In this document: in pieces, positions 50,801 through 58,754 of the stretch | Position numbering within the stretch: position 1 is the stretch's first letter | Layout: every line of letters begins with the position of its first letter | Assembly (NCBI GenBank): GCA_038874595.1 | Contig: JAVZCB010000002.1 | Location: 32,001 to 96,000, forward strand | Length of the DNA: 64,000 nucleotides | Direction: 5' to 3' | Source of the DNA: Candidatus Micrarchaeia archaeon | GTDB taxonomy: Archaea > Micrarchaeota > Micrarchaeia > CAILAH01 | The notes under the pieces: model-generated | Told to the model about the DNA's origin: nothing | The model's database searches: none | What the model saw: only the letters and a program-made list of their open reading frames with translations | Position numbers and translations under genes: made by a program

Positions 50801-53333
50801 TAGAAATATTGTATATCACCACCCCCCTTATATGGGTGTTGTTTGATGAATTAACAACAATCGCCCTTGTTGTATTGAATATTGTACCGTTCATTATAGT
50901 AATGTTCTTCAGGCCGGGCACGACATATACACCGGTTGCCCCATCCCGAACATTATAACCATTCAAATCAAGTATGACGTTGCTTGAAGTTATTCCTATT
51001 ATTGCAAGTGTAGCACTGCCCTGCGAGTAATCCCTAGAAAGTCTAGTAACACCTGGCGAGGATATTGTCATATTGAAGCTGTTTTCATACTTGTTTACCG
51101 CAGCATAACCTGAGAATGAGGTTGCGTTGAACCTAAGTTTAGTGCTGGAGATACACTCCCTATAACCAGGTATAAATTCAATGCCTGTTGAGAGCACATC
51201 TGCTCTAGATAGCGGCAACGAAACTGGACTTCTATAAATTGTGAAGTCGTTGGGATTGGAGCATCCGCTCACTAATAATGTGACGTTTGCAGGGCCATCA
51301 AACTGTGATGCACCCCAGTGTGTACCATCCATAGATACAAAATCTGCCCCTATGAACAGGTTATCAATACCCCCGCCTCCTTGGTAGCCGAGGAATGCGT
51401 TTGTAATCTGCCTGAAGCTAAACATGATGCAGGTTGAAAGTGAATTATCATTACAAAGTGTAAGATTGGTAAAGTTCTGCGGGCGGTAGCCTGAAAAATC
51501 CCAACTGAATCCAACATACCTGGAAGTATTGTATAGGGTAATGTTATAAAACGCATTCGCATCTGGGAAAGTTGAGGGGGTTGTGTTTGAGAATTGTATT
51601 GCATACGTCCAGCTATAACCGTATGCAATGCTATGGAATATGGAGTTCGAAATAACGTTTTCTTTTGAATTGTCCTTCAATAAAATTGCGTTTACAGGGA
51701 AATATGAGATTGTATTGTTATCAAGCACACATTTGCTTGTGTTGTCAAGCATAATGCCTGTGCTGAACGGGCCGGTACTGCTAGATATTATATTATCCTT
51801 TGCAGTACTGCCATTTGATTCTACCAAGTGTATTGCATTAGTGCCTGATAGAAATATCGTGTTGTTAATGATTGTTATGTTAGGTGTTGGGGAATCACTT
51901 GGCCCTGGTGACCAAGCACGCTGTGAGCCGATAGCGTCGTACTGCGAGCCAGAGATGTAATTGCTTGAGATTAGGTTATGGCCAGAGCCATTCATTAGCA
52001 TGATACTATTGCTTCCACCAAGCAGATGGTTCCTTAAAATACGGGTGTAAATGCTGCTTGAGTCAAGCATAATATTCTGCCCGCCGTTGTTATACGCCGT
52101 GTTATTGGTAATGTTACAGTTCTTGGACCCTTTAAGATATATGCCAAACCCTGTGCTGCCTGATATGGTATTGTTTTCCAGCCGTGTGTAGTGTGATTTG
52201 AATATGCCTACACCAGTACCAAAGCCCAATATGTTGTTTATGTTGCTCACATTATTGCCTATAATTGAGTTAAGGCTGGAGGAATCCACATTTATTCCCA
52301 TACCATTTGTGCAGTGGCTGATGCTGTTATTATAGATTAGGTTATTAGATGAGCCAGAACCTATATCGATGCCGTGGCCACTGTTGTTGTATAGTGTGTT
52401 ATATGCAATGATGTTGCCAGTACTAGAGTCAAACAACCCTATGCCTTGGGCAAACCCTGAAACTGTATTGTTGTTTGAAAGGATGCGGTTGCTTGTTATG
52501 TTGCTGCTTAAAACCCCTGAGAAAATAATACCTGCATTGTTGTTGAAGCTTATAGTATTATTATGGAAAGAGCTGTAAGCGATTGTACCACCACCTATAC
52601 CATAGTTCCCGTTGTTGAATATTATGTTTTTTGAAATGTTCGCACTTGAAATTGTACCTATTTGAATACCAATATCATTATTGCCATAAATAGTATTGTT
52701 AAAAACTGTGAGGTTTATGCTGCTACCAAACGAAGCGCCTTTATCATTGTTATAAATAACATTACGAATAAGCCTGGTATTGTTTGCTGCAAAAACCTCA
52801 AACCCTGTCTCTTCATTATTGTGGATTTTGCTATCTGCAAGTGTAATGTTGTTTACAATATAGGCCATAATGCTTTTGTTGTTGCCGTATATGTCAACGT
52901 TCTGAACTGTTGTGTTGTTCAGCTTGTACATCCATATAGCAATTGGTGTTGAGGCGCCCGGTGCAGGTACGTAATTAAGGTAATCGTGTATGCTACAATT
53001 CTTGAAAGTTATATTAGTATTTATGACACTTGAACCGCCAAAAAAATCGTTCGGGTCACCTATGAAAACTGCAATTGCATCAAAAGCCCCAGTACCATCG
53101 ATTTCGTTTCCCTGGCAGTCTATTATTATATTTGAGGTATTAAAGAGCAGGCATACTGGCATTGAAGGGTGTATTATTCCATAAAGTGTGTCATTGATGC
53201 GATATTCAGTGTATGGGGTATCATATATACCGCAAGCAGATATGTTTGTGTATGCAAAAGAGACTGAGATGGCTAAAGATAAGACAGCAAAAGCTAATAC
53301 AAATAGTCTTAAGCACGTTGAGCATTCCCGCAT
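44877..53333 (-). CDS. Giant secreted parallel beta-helix (NosD/CASH-like) protein with two C-terminal 'B' domains
   Basis: 2818 aa; signal peptide; very many N.I.NN.I repeats; internal duplicated ...TSFSGY domain; no TM anchor. Confidence 0.9.
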   Translation of the reverse strand: MRECSTCLRLFVLAFAVLSLAISVSFAYTNISACGIYDTPYTEYRINDTLYGIIHPSMPVCLLFNTSNIIIDCQGNEIDGTGAFDAIAVFIGDPNDFFGGSSVINTNITFKNCSIHDYLNYVPAPGASTPIAIWMYKLNNTTVQNVDIYGNNKSIMAYIVNNITLADSKIHNNEETGFEVFAANNTRLIRNVIYNNDKGASFGSSINLTVFNNTIYGNNDIGIQIGTISSANISKNIIFNNGNYGIGGGTIAYSSFHNNTISFNNNAGIIFSGVLSSNITSNRILSNNNTVSGFAQGIGLFDSSTGNIIAYNTLYNNSGHGIDIGSGSSNNLIYNNSISHCTNGMGINVDSSSLNSIIGNNVSNINNILGFGTGVGIFKSHYTRLENNTISGSTGFGIYLKGSKNCNITNNTAYNNGGQNIMLDSSSIYTRILRNHLLGGSNSIMLMNGSGHNLISSNYISGSQYDAIGSQRAWSPGPSDSPTPNITIINNTIFLSGTNAIHLVESNGSTAKDNIISSSTGPFSTGIMLDNTSKCVLDNNTISYFPVNAILLKDNSKENVISNSIFHSIAYGYSWTYAIQFSNTTPSTFPDANAFYNITLYNTSRYVGFSWDFSGYRPQNFTNLTLCNDNSLSTCIMFSFRQITNAFLGYQGGGGIDNLFIGADFVSMDGTHWGASQFDGPANVTLLVSGCSNPNDFTIYRSPVSLPLSRADVLSTGIEFIPGYRECISSTKLRFNATSFSGYAAVNKYENSFNMTISSPGVTRLSRDYSQGSATLAIIGITSSNVILDLNGYNVRDGATGVYVVPGLKNITIMNGTIFNTTRAIVVNSSNNTHIRGVVIYNISTGIYLDPSYNNTIIGNMIFNGTQYGIEMDNSHNNTVANNTIFSILAGTGIYSKDGSNNTFLNNTIYNCTYGINIEYGTRDRVTLNDIYNFTNGAGIRIENSAHALVNLNRIHSFGSRGALIISTNYSAFNNNRFYNIPNICVEITQNSDHNQVSGNNFTRCDLAFISEWNINNLTLSNSNVSNCLYGIWLIDTNQSELIGTSIYNTPQGFAVNASSHINFTGSWVVNSTTAFYIYGNKTSISRDLRIRDTSVFNSYMVLNLSNATQSVLIDNLTSTNNNKSVQAVFADDLTISNSKFTLHRASTDNNVFNPLAVVRIANSTNIRIENSSFHKNNITSVLFWGTYNIRMRHVNITYSNASVAAFGDRAHIYLYPNVYNVNISYLNCSNGGIEYGGICFHNHGNVSNVWIDRSVFYNMTGGIEGRIPGSDPYGNYFIGYAEKFKVTNCSFDNLFHALYVHAHNTTLQDNNITNNFRGSGIRFKHFIMRNNKFVNNFENFGLAYDDGEVMGPIVHDYFEHDIDTSNTINGKPIYYYCSWAGNDKHNYVETNTNGGYYACIDCSNVIFENLSITSVSHVVYIGFSDNVTVRNVTGETLQGIKFFVTQNSRAYNNTFKRLNNVDPFLPILPPDYVGNMRAINLIWSKNISISNSTSDKNLQCLYMMFTNNTQVSNVSCINSVVVPSIVMFGAWNNIFDNIRLQNLTGRYPLYVYQGWGIPEGVVVIAQSKNNTFNNMNISQVNLTNRVYYISLQGSHTLVNNSRFNHTHISFSDIDVVISNTTMPSALLPFGVDHLLATPPLFLEIQNTSPTSRLNLTFYYEDTMVPPGHSEFDIRIWKYSSSAGSWQRKGFIARQELNPILNTITAYEITNFSSPFGPLAETLQCVNLSDNSTWEGRLTNISGVSPIQLMVNAPIILCKDTYHIPAFWNSTNDGYLFLFTTKSGLDCNGSTLIGNRNGTAMFVYSGVPAYIENITIRNCTFMNYRAGFEAAYPARNILILDNIFRNFTADSGKQPHGINFGEDANNYNHFNNIWIVNNTIENFRSELDDGETVSGIILGDSMNKSSGFVIANNTIRNITLDVPGPASSKVFGILMISGPSAGNLSNVTIRGNTIKDLSATASGVMVGGIVDFGTTNSTIYDNHIYNLLGRDVAGGILILGSYNNNYTDNSIQNISGGIGFTAAAIMSQNAIGNRHVRNFVYNTSKGIFVDQNSNRTLVAYNKIVNCSSSDGNGIYIRNSHYANVSSNNITRCYDGISLDQSSLNNVSWNRVVFASRGIVIGGNYNNLLYNRVYNSSVIGVYIGGIFTGTRLAHDIIQESGMMDLQVIDSPYYAICNTTLQNVTGSGNRPILFVNVPTNLANGQYSELVLCGAIRANVTNTTLRGSDTLQNNGLIILFSNHSRINASRSEGNFLGAYVYRTHYANLTNNTFGDNLYGIVMENAIANNIHIGEVYGSMASIYFNQDSDWNNISDVSMHDPALSVFPMIIFSSAGANQPEFNRLSDVLIYNASFYIGYSTTFANSNNFTNLSVCVDSSEAGCVKWGFANITYAYLTNGTNIIVDKEFVSLNSSHSGAAQLNKSATITINVSDCGPESGVGVLRAEGFPKSKAEILAAGYEYSPASQVCLTPNTMRFSVTSFSGYTESPSYTIITLVDGKQTTSFYNSGEPYNLTVRLKYFNGTGVPNSEVRIYEYNGYLPFALPQYTVSNVSNYVYAKSHTDGHGNISLTVVPTGAAEVLAEKVGAYNITVRAYKNGIHKGTVAMTVSRRNLPYANSSAVSVPNRGNVGYFNDDVYRVYSRVKEWLTLGGSGGGEKLNIIVYTNGTVVGNNYPLRAGKPYGLNVTVLNHITLVPIPNARVQVTEQNGLPPLALPQYTNTNVSNIGIGYSNTTASGSALISFVPTGSPNLEPSPLPEQYNASLQVYVGGTLVADAPLNVTSRSLSYTPSGPTVQVYNQGNIGTFNDKVYVVYTRILQWLSNH

Positions 53334-53446
53334 AATGCCTGCACCACCTTAATTATATATAATATAATTTAAATACCTGCCATATAATAAGGGCGGCTTT
53401 TAATAAGAGGATCAATACTAAAGACCAAGACGGCCAAGCATACTCA

Positions 53447-55369
53447 TTATTTAGAAATTATCCCTGCCAGTAGGTAGGACAAGGCTAATATTGCAAGAAA
53501 GGCGGCCAAGCCATAGAGTAATGGCAAATACCTGCTTTCATTGTGTTTAAGCCTTTTCTTCTTCCAGCGGTATGCCGCAAGTGCGCCAATAAGGCTCAAA
53601 AGCAAGGATAATAATAACAGGCACAGGGGCTCATAACCGTACTGAGGCTGCACCTCGGCAGGCCGCTTTGAAACGTATAATGTTATCTTGCCCGTGGATT
53701 GGAGGAGACCATACTCATAAACCTCTACTGGTATTTCATAAGAGCCAGGTGCCGTACCTTCGGGAACATATATTGTGTAATTGATGTTTGCAAACCCTCC
53801 AGCTTTTACTATCGAGGGGACCGCTGCAAGCCGGACCCAATCTTTATACGGGCCGAGCAGGACAACTGTTGCATCTGCGGAGTGCGCATTTCCAGTGTTT
53901 AATATTGTGAGCATGCTGCTGTGCGGCACGGAAGGATAGACTGACTCAACACTATCAACAACCTTCAGCACGGGTTTTCTTACTGTTAGGTATACGTTTG
54001 CTGAAAGCGGCACCCATATTGTTTTATTGTAGAGCCCTATGCATTCAAAAATCCCTTCCGTGGGCCCTTTGTAGGTTAGGGCCATCTGTGGGCTCATATC
54101 TAAGTATATCGTTGCATTTACAGGGGTGCGCGCAGAAACGTGAGATGAATTGAGAGCTACCCTTACATAGCCGGCAAGATCCGGCCCTAAATCAACACGG
54201 CAGCTCACATTATCCAGCGGAACATTTGAAAATAATGTTACGCTTGCACTGCCACCTTGGGGATAATTGTTTTCAAGGTATATATCCTCACGGGAAGGCT
54301 TAAAGAGAGGTGATGGGGGAGCAACTGGATGTGTCTTATTTGTAATGTTTATCAGACCGAACCAGCCACCACCGCCCCCCGTCACACTGAATGTTATGCT
54401 ATCATGGCCAACGTTGCCGAAGTAATCCTCCGCATAAAGAACAAGCGAATATGTGCCGGCTTTCAGAGAGGAGAGGATGTATGATGTGTCGCAGCTAGGG
54501 AGAGAATAACTTTTCCCGTTAAGTGTATACCAGCAAGATTTCACGCCATCATTATCTGTTATGAGGAAATTAAACGGAATCTGCTCACTTTGCCTGTATT
54601 TGCCGCCGTCCACTGGAGAGTATATCTTGACATATGGGGGGATTGAGTCATCCTTAACTGGGCCTATGCCATTTACAAGTATCGAGTAATTCCCGGTATA
54701 GCCGGCAAGTGTAAGCTGTGCGATTTCGCCAGGTTTTACTATTGCTGTGCTTGTTGTTGTCAAGCCATCCGATTTTACAAGGCCGACAACAAGGTAAGGA
54801 GTAACCGGGATGATTTTGTTACCGTTTATGTCTGTTGAGTTTATTACCGTCACATTAACCAGGTTGCCTGAACGGGTGACATTAACTGTGTAATTTCCGG
54901 TCAGCCAGCCCCTGTGGCGCACAAGCTTCCACCTGAAAGCAGATGAGAAATCTGAAGGCGTATCGCTGATAAGAACAAAGGGAATTGATGGGTACCACGC
55001 CTTAAAGCTTGATATCTCCAGCGGAAGGTTGACACAGAGTGTGGGCGGCACGGAAGTTACCTTAACTGAGTAATGAGTTATCTCAATATAGTGCCCATCA
55101 ATGTTTGTGCCATCAGCATATGCGAGCGTGATGTATTTGTTTTGCAGGTCAGATGCGGACGTGCTGCATACACGAAGCATCGCGTCTGGATTTGATATGC
55201 TGTTGTCCTTGTACGAAGTTGAGTTTACATCATACGTTAGGTTTAGGCTTTGCAGAGGATTATCTGCGCGCACTATAGATACTTGATAGTACTGTGCGAA
55301 TGTGCCCGCGGATAGGATTAACAAAGCGAGAACAACTATTTGCAATCCAACCCGTACGTTTGCTGACAT
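53447..55369 (-). CDS. Membrane-anchored surface protein ('C' domain, Ig-like domains, C-terminal TM hairpin)
   Basis: Signal peptide; PP.V.I.SP and YAEDYFGNVG Ig-like motifs; two C-terminal TM helices. Confidence 0.85.
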   Translation of the reverse strand: MSANVRVGLQIVVLALLILSAGTFAQYYQVSIVRADNPLQSLNLTYDVNSTSYKDNSISNPDAMLRVCSTSASDLQNKYITLAYADGTNIDGHYIEITHYSVKVTSVPPTLCVNLPLEISSFKAWYPSIPFVLISDTPSDFSSAFRWKLVRHRGWLTGNYTVNVTRSGNLVNVTVINSTDINGNKIIPVTPYLVVGLVKSDGLTTTSTAIVKPGEIAQLTLAGYTGNYSILVNGIGPVKDDSIPPYVKIYSPVDGGKYRQSEQIPFNFLITDNDGVKSCWYTLNGKSYSLPSCDTSYILSSLKAGTYSLVLYAEDYFGNVGHDSITFSVTGGGGGWFGLINITNKTHPVAPPSPLFKPSREDIYLENNYPQGGSASVTLFSNVPLDNVSCRVDLGPDLAGYVRVALNSSHVSARTPVNATIYLDMSPQMALTYKGPTEGIFECIGLYNKTIWVPLSANVYLTVRKPVLKVVDSVESVYPSVPHSSMLTILNTGNAHSADATVVLLGPYKDWVRLAAVPSIVKAGGFANINYTIYVPEGTAPGSYEIPVEVYEYGLLQSTGKITLYVSKRPAEVQPQYGYEPLCLLLLSLLLSLIGALAAYRWKKKRLKHNESRYLPLLYGLAAFLAILALSYLLAGIISK

Positions 55370-55387
55370 CAGTACACCTTTTGCATC

Positions 55388-57091
55388 TTATGGAGCAACT
55401 AATTTTTTGGTTATGCTGAACATCTCGTACAACCAGTCAAAGACCGGCAAAACATAATCCTTAGACTGAATTTCCTTGCTGTTCACCCAGCCGGGGTCTG
55501 CGCATGATTTATCAGAGACAAGAAGAGGAACGGTTGTCGTGAACGAGCCATTGTAATATACAGTAACAGGGGTCGTAACATACATTGAGTAGTTGCCTAT
55601 CCTGGAAGATAGGATTGGGCCACGCACCGGGTCGTTGTATAGCTTGTTGCAGGTAGGTGCTATCACAAGCTTTGCATACCCGCTCGTGTTCCCAGTGATT
55701 GTGCCCCTTACAGTGCTTGAAACACCTATCAGGGTTCCTGAACTGTTCCAAATCTGTGTTGGTGTGAATGGATTAAGGCCATTGATTTCAGTTATAATAA
55801 GCACGGGGCTCGGATATATGTTGCCATCTGAGTCGTTTATATACATCGTAACATTATAAGGCCTGCCAGCATATGGGAATATGTTTGTCTTGTTGTTATC
55901 TATGAGTATGTAAAGCGTGCGCACCGGATTGACCACAAGAGTGCCTGAAACAATGTTATTCTCATCGCACTCAACAAGCACATTATTCCTGTCCGCATGC
56001 GCGGTAAAAATGTAAGAGCCGCTGCGTGCTGTGTTTGAAAAAGTGACTGAGCGGGTTGTTGAGCCGCCTGGCAGGAGGTTCTCTGTAATTATCCAGCTTG
56101 TACTGTTTACATAGCCACCAGGCCCTGTTATGTTGAGTGTCAAGTTGAAATCTGTAGTTATTGGGACATTCCCTGTGTTTGTAAGTGTGATTGTGGCAAC
56201 CGATGAGCTCCCTGAATAAATCGGGTTTGCACTGAACCCCAGCGTTGGAACGATGTTAGAACCTATGCATAGCGCAGTACCAATACCGTTAACGACGAAA
56301 TAGCGCGTGTATGCGCGCTGGTCGTTTACGGTCTCGTTGAAGCGCAGCTGGACTGGGAGTTGTGATGAGGAGTTGATTATTTTTGCATCACAGCAAGAGC
56401 TGCCATGGTCATCACTACATAACCCTACTATCAGTGCACGGCCTTTCGAAGAACTTATGCCCCAGTCAGGATCTGAAGGCGATTTAACTTGCGTGCCTGC
56501 ATCTGTCTGAAACGTAATTGCACTGATACTGCCAGTAACGTTGCCTGTTGTGTGCGAATATGTTGCTGTTGTAGAATACGTGCCGCGCAACGTGCCGTTT
56601 TTATAATCCAAGAATGCAAATGATGGGTTTGAGCCATCGATGCTGTTGGAATACAATATGTACGGCCTGCCGGGGAATGCTGAAACATATATTATAGGAG
56701 TCCTTGTGAAATCCTTGAACTGCGAGAATGCAAACTTGTCAACGGGCGTCATATAGCACGTGCCCCCAGCTGAGATTGATGCGTTTACGAGGGTTGCTGA
56801 TGACCCTGCTGTAAGGTCCTTGCTTATGGTGATATACGTGGCTGTCCCGGAAGTATTCATTGCATAAACTGCTGCAACGTACTTCTTACCTACGTCACAT
56901 ATTTTTATTGTAAAATCAGGGTTGGTTGCCGGGTCAGGCAACACATCAACATACACTTTCTGTGTGTATGATGCAGTAACGTTCCACACGTGGCCTGATG
57001 AATTTGTAATGTACGCTGCCTGTGGGAATGCCTGCGAAAGCAGCATAAAAAGGAACACTAAGACCTGCAATAAATGCAAACGACCTGACAT
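55388..57091 (-). CDS. Secreted protein ('C' domain, CARDB-like Ig domain, 'B' domain)
   Basis: Signal peptide; ITLTNTGN...ADRNNVLVECDENN CARDB signature. Confidence 0.85.
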   Translation of the reverse strand: MSGRLHLLQVLVFLFMLLSQAFPQAAYITNSSGHVWNVTASYTQKVYVDVLPDPATNPDFTIKICDVGKKYVAAVYAMNTSGTATYITISKDLTAGSSATLVNASISAGGTCYMTPVDKFAFSQFKDFTRTPIIYVSAFPGRPYILYSNSIDGSNPSFAFLDYKNGTLRGTYSTTATYSHTTGNVTGSISAITFQTDAGTQVKSPSDPDWGISSSKGRALIVGLCSDDHGSSCCDAKIINSSSQLPVQLRFNETVNDQRAYTRYFVVNGIGTALCIGSNIVPTLGFSANPIYSGSSSVATITLTNTGNVPITTDFNLTLNITGPGGYVNSTSWIITENLLPGGSTTRSVTFSNTARSGSYIFTAHADRNNVLVECDENNIVSGTLVVNPVRTLYILIDNNKTNIFPYAGRPYNVTMYINDSDGNIYPSPVLIITEINGLNPFTPTQIWNSSGTLIGVSSTVRGTITGNTSGYAKLVIAPTCNKLYNDPVRGPILSSRIGNYSMYVTTPVTVYYNGSFTTTVPLLVSDKSCADPGWVNSKEIQSKDYVLPVFDWLYEMFSITKKLVAP

Positions 57092-57160
57092 AACTACACC
57101 TGCTTCTACTGCACTTTTTTTGTATGTTGCACATTCTCACCAATACTTTATATTGCTTAA

Positions 57161-58747
57161 TCATATTGTTGAAATGGACGCCCCCATATTTGAAAGCACC
57201 ATATTGATGTTCTGCAGCGAAGATGCTATCAATGTTGCTGTTGCCTCATCCATATCCTCATCCATTGCCGCCGGCGGCTCAAGCTGCGTATCTACAGGAA
57301 AAGAAACCTCTGCAAACTGGACATTGCTTTTGTAAAGCCTTATTGTCAGGTTTGCGTTGTTATTATACTTTGTCGGGATTACCACGAGCAAACTTCTTGT
57401 GTCCAAAAGCTGTGCATTTGAGTAGTTCTTATCCGGCTGTTGCGGGACGACCATTATGAAGCCTGAATCCTCGCGGACAGTCATATCTGCAATAAATGGT
57501 GAACCAAGATTGTCAAGCGCTGTAACGTTGATTATATTTGGTGCGCCTGCCTTGAGTACCGGCACGGCTGTGTGAGTCCCATCCTCCGATATGTTTATTG
57601 CATGGCGTTTCATCTTACCTTCTGAAATCCACTTGGTTGCTGTCGCTGCAAGGGCGTTCATGTTCTGCACAGAGCTCTTTACCTGGCTGGAGTATTGGGG
57701 GCTTACAAGCGAGCTGCGATATGTGGGTGAAAGCGAGGCATAATCTGTTATGTTAAGCCGCTTAATGCAATAAATGGGGCTTGTAACTTCTACATATATC
57801 TCATAGCCATACGAGTCAGGTATGTTATAGCGTGTTGGTGAGACAGCATACATCGCCTGGCCGGTGCCATCTGCAACTGCATAGCCTCGCTGGATGTGTG
57901 TGTTTGCACCAAATAATGGAAGTAGAATATTACGGCCATTAACTTCAGAGAGCCGCAACTGTGCGTTTGGGATTACCGCACCGCTTCCTAAATCGCGCAC
58001 AACAACACGCAGCTCGTAAGGCACACCTGTTTTCGGGAAGTGTGTTGTATAAGTGCCGTCTATGTATGTGTCTATGACGCATTCAGGATAAACATAAAAG
58101 TAATAACTCTCGTTCCTGGGCATCATATATTGGAAATCAAAAACGGTTGTGTTGTAGCCTACCTGGGGGCCAAGCGTTACTATAAAGAGTGGCTCAACGC
58201 GCGTGCCGTTGTTGAATTTCAATATGCTCAAATTGATATTTGGGTTTAGTATTATGTAGGGGCACGGGATTACAAGGCCGCTAATATTGCAGGAGTGGTA
58301 AATGCATGCTGGGTTGCAGAAAGTATAGAGCGGGCTCTCAATGAACTTCATAAAATCTAGGCCTGCAAATGTCGTAAAGCCGGAAAACATCCCGCCATTG
58401 CCGAAATCTGCGGGTACTGGCGACTGAAAATGGCTTGGCGAGGGACGCACCGGCAAGCGGGTAAGTATTGCACTCTGGCCTGGGAAACTCCCATTGATAT
58501 ATGTTGTGTAAACTGTTGCATTTTTGGCATATACAAATCCGATCGGTTTTGAAACGTCCGGAGATACCGAAACGTTCATCCAGCCAACAACCGCTGCCCA
58601 ATGTGAAGTTGGCATATTAACTGATAGGTTTGAGCTGGAGATGTTACCGCCGCGCGTAACCATGCTGCCTGCGTGAGCCGCGTGCGCTGCAAGGATTATT
58701 AAAATGAATAAAAATAGAAAAGATGGGCACTGCGACGCAACCATCAT
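57161..58747 (-). CDS. Secreted protein ('A' domain plus two 'B' domains)
   Basis: Signal peptide from MMVASQ; RGGNISSSNL...HWAAVVG and YYFYV like the 224-aa protein; two G.PY/G.PN repeats. Confidence 0.85.
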   Translation of the reverse strand: MMVASQCPSFLFLFILIILAAHAAHAGSMVTRGGNISSSNLSVNMPTSHWAAVVGWMNVSVSPDVSKPIGFVYAKNATVYTTYINGSFPGQSAILTRLPVRPSPSHFQSPVPADFGNGGMFSGFTTFAGLDFMKFIESPLYTFCNPACIYHSCNISGLVIPCPYIILNPNINLSILKFNNGTRVEPLFIVTLGPQVGYNTTVFDFQYMMPRNESYYFYVYPECVIDTYIDGTYTTHFPKTGVPYELRVVVRDLGSGAVIPNAQLRLSEVNGRNILLPLFGANTHIQRGYAVADGTGQAMYAVSPTRYNIPDSYGYEIYVEVTSPIYCIKRLNITDYASLSPTYRSSLVSPQYSSQVKSSVQNMNALAATATKWISEGKMKRHAINISEDGTHTAVPVLKAGAPNIINVTALDNLGSPFIADMTVREDSGFIMVVPQQPDKNYSNAQLLDTRSLLVVIPTKYNNNANLTIRLYKSNVQFAEVSFPVDTQLEPPAAMDEDMDEATATLIASSLQNINMVLSNMGASISTI

Positions 58748-58754
58748 CTTAGAA

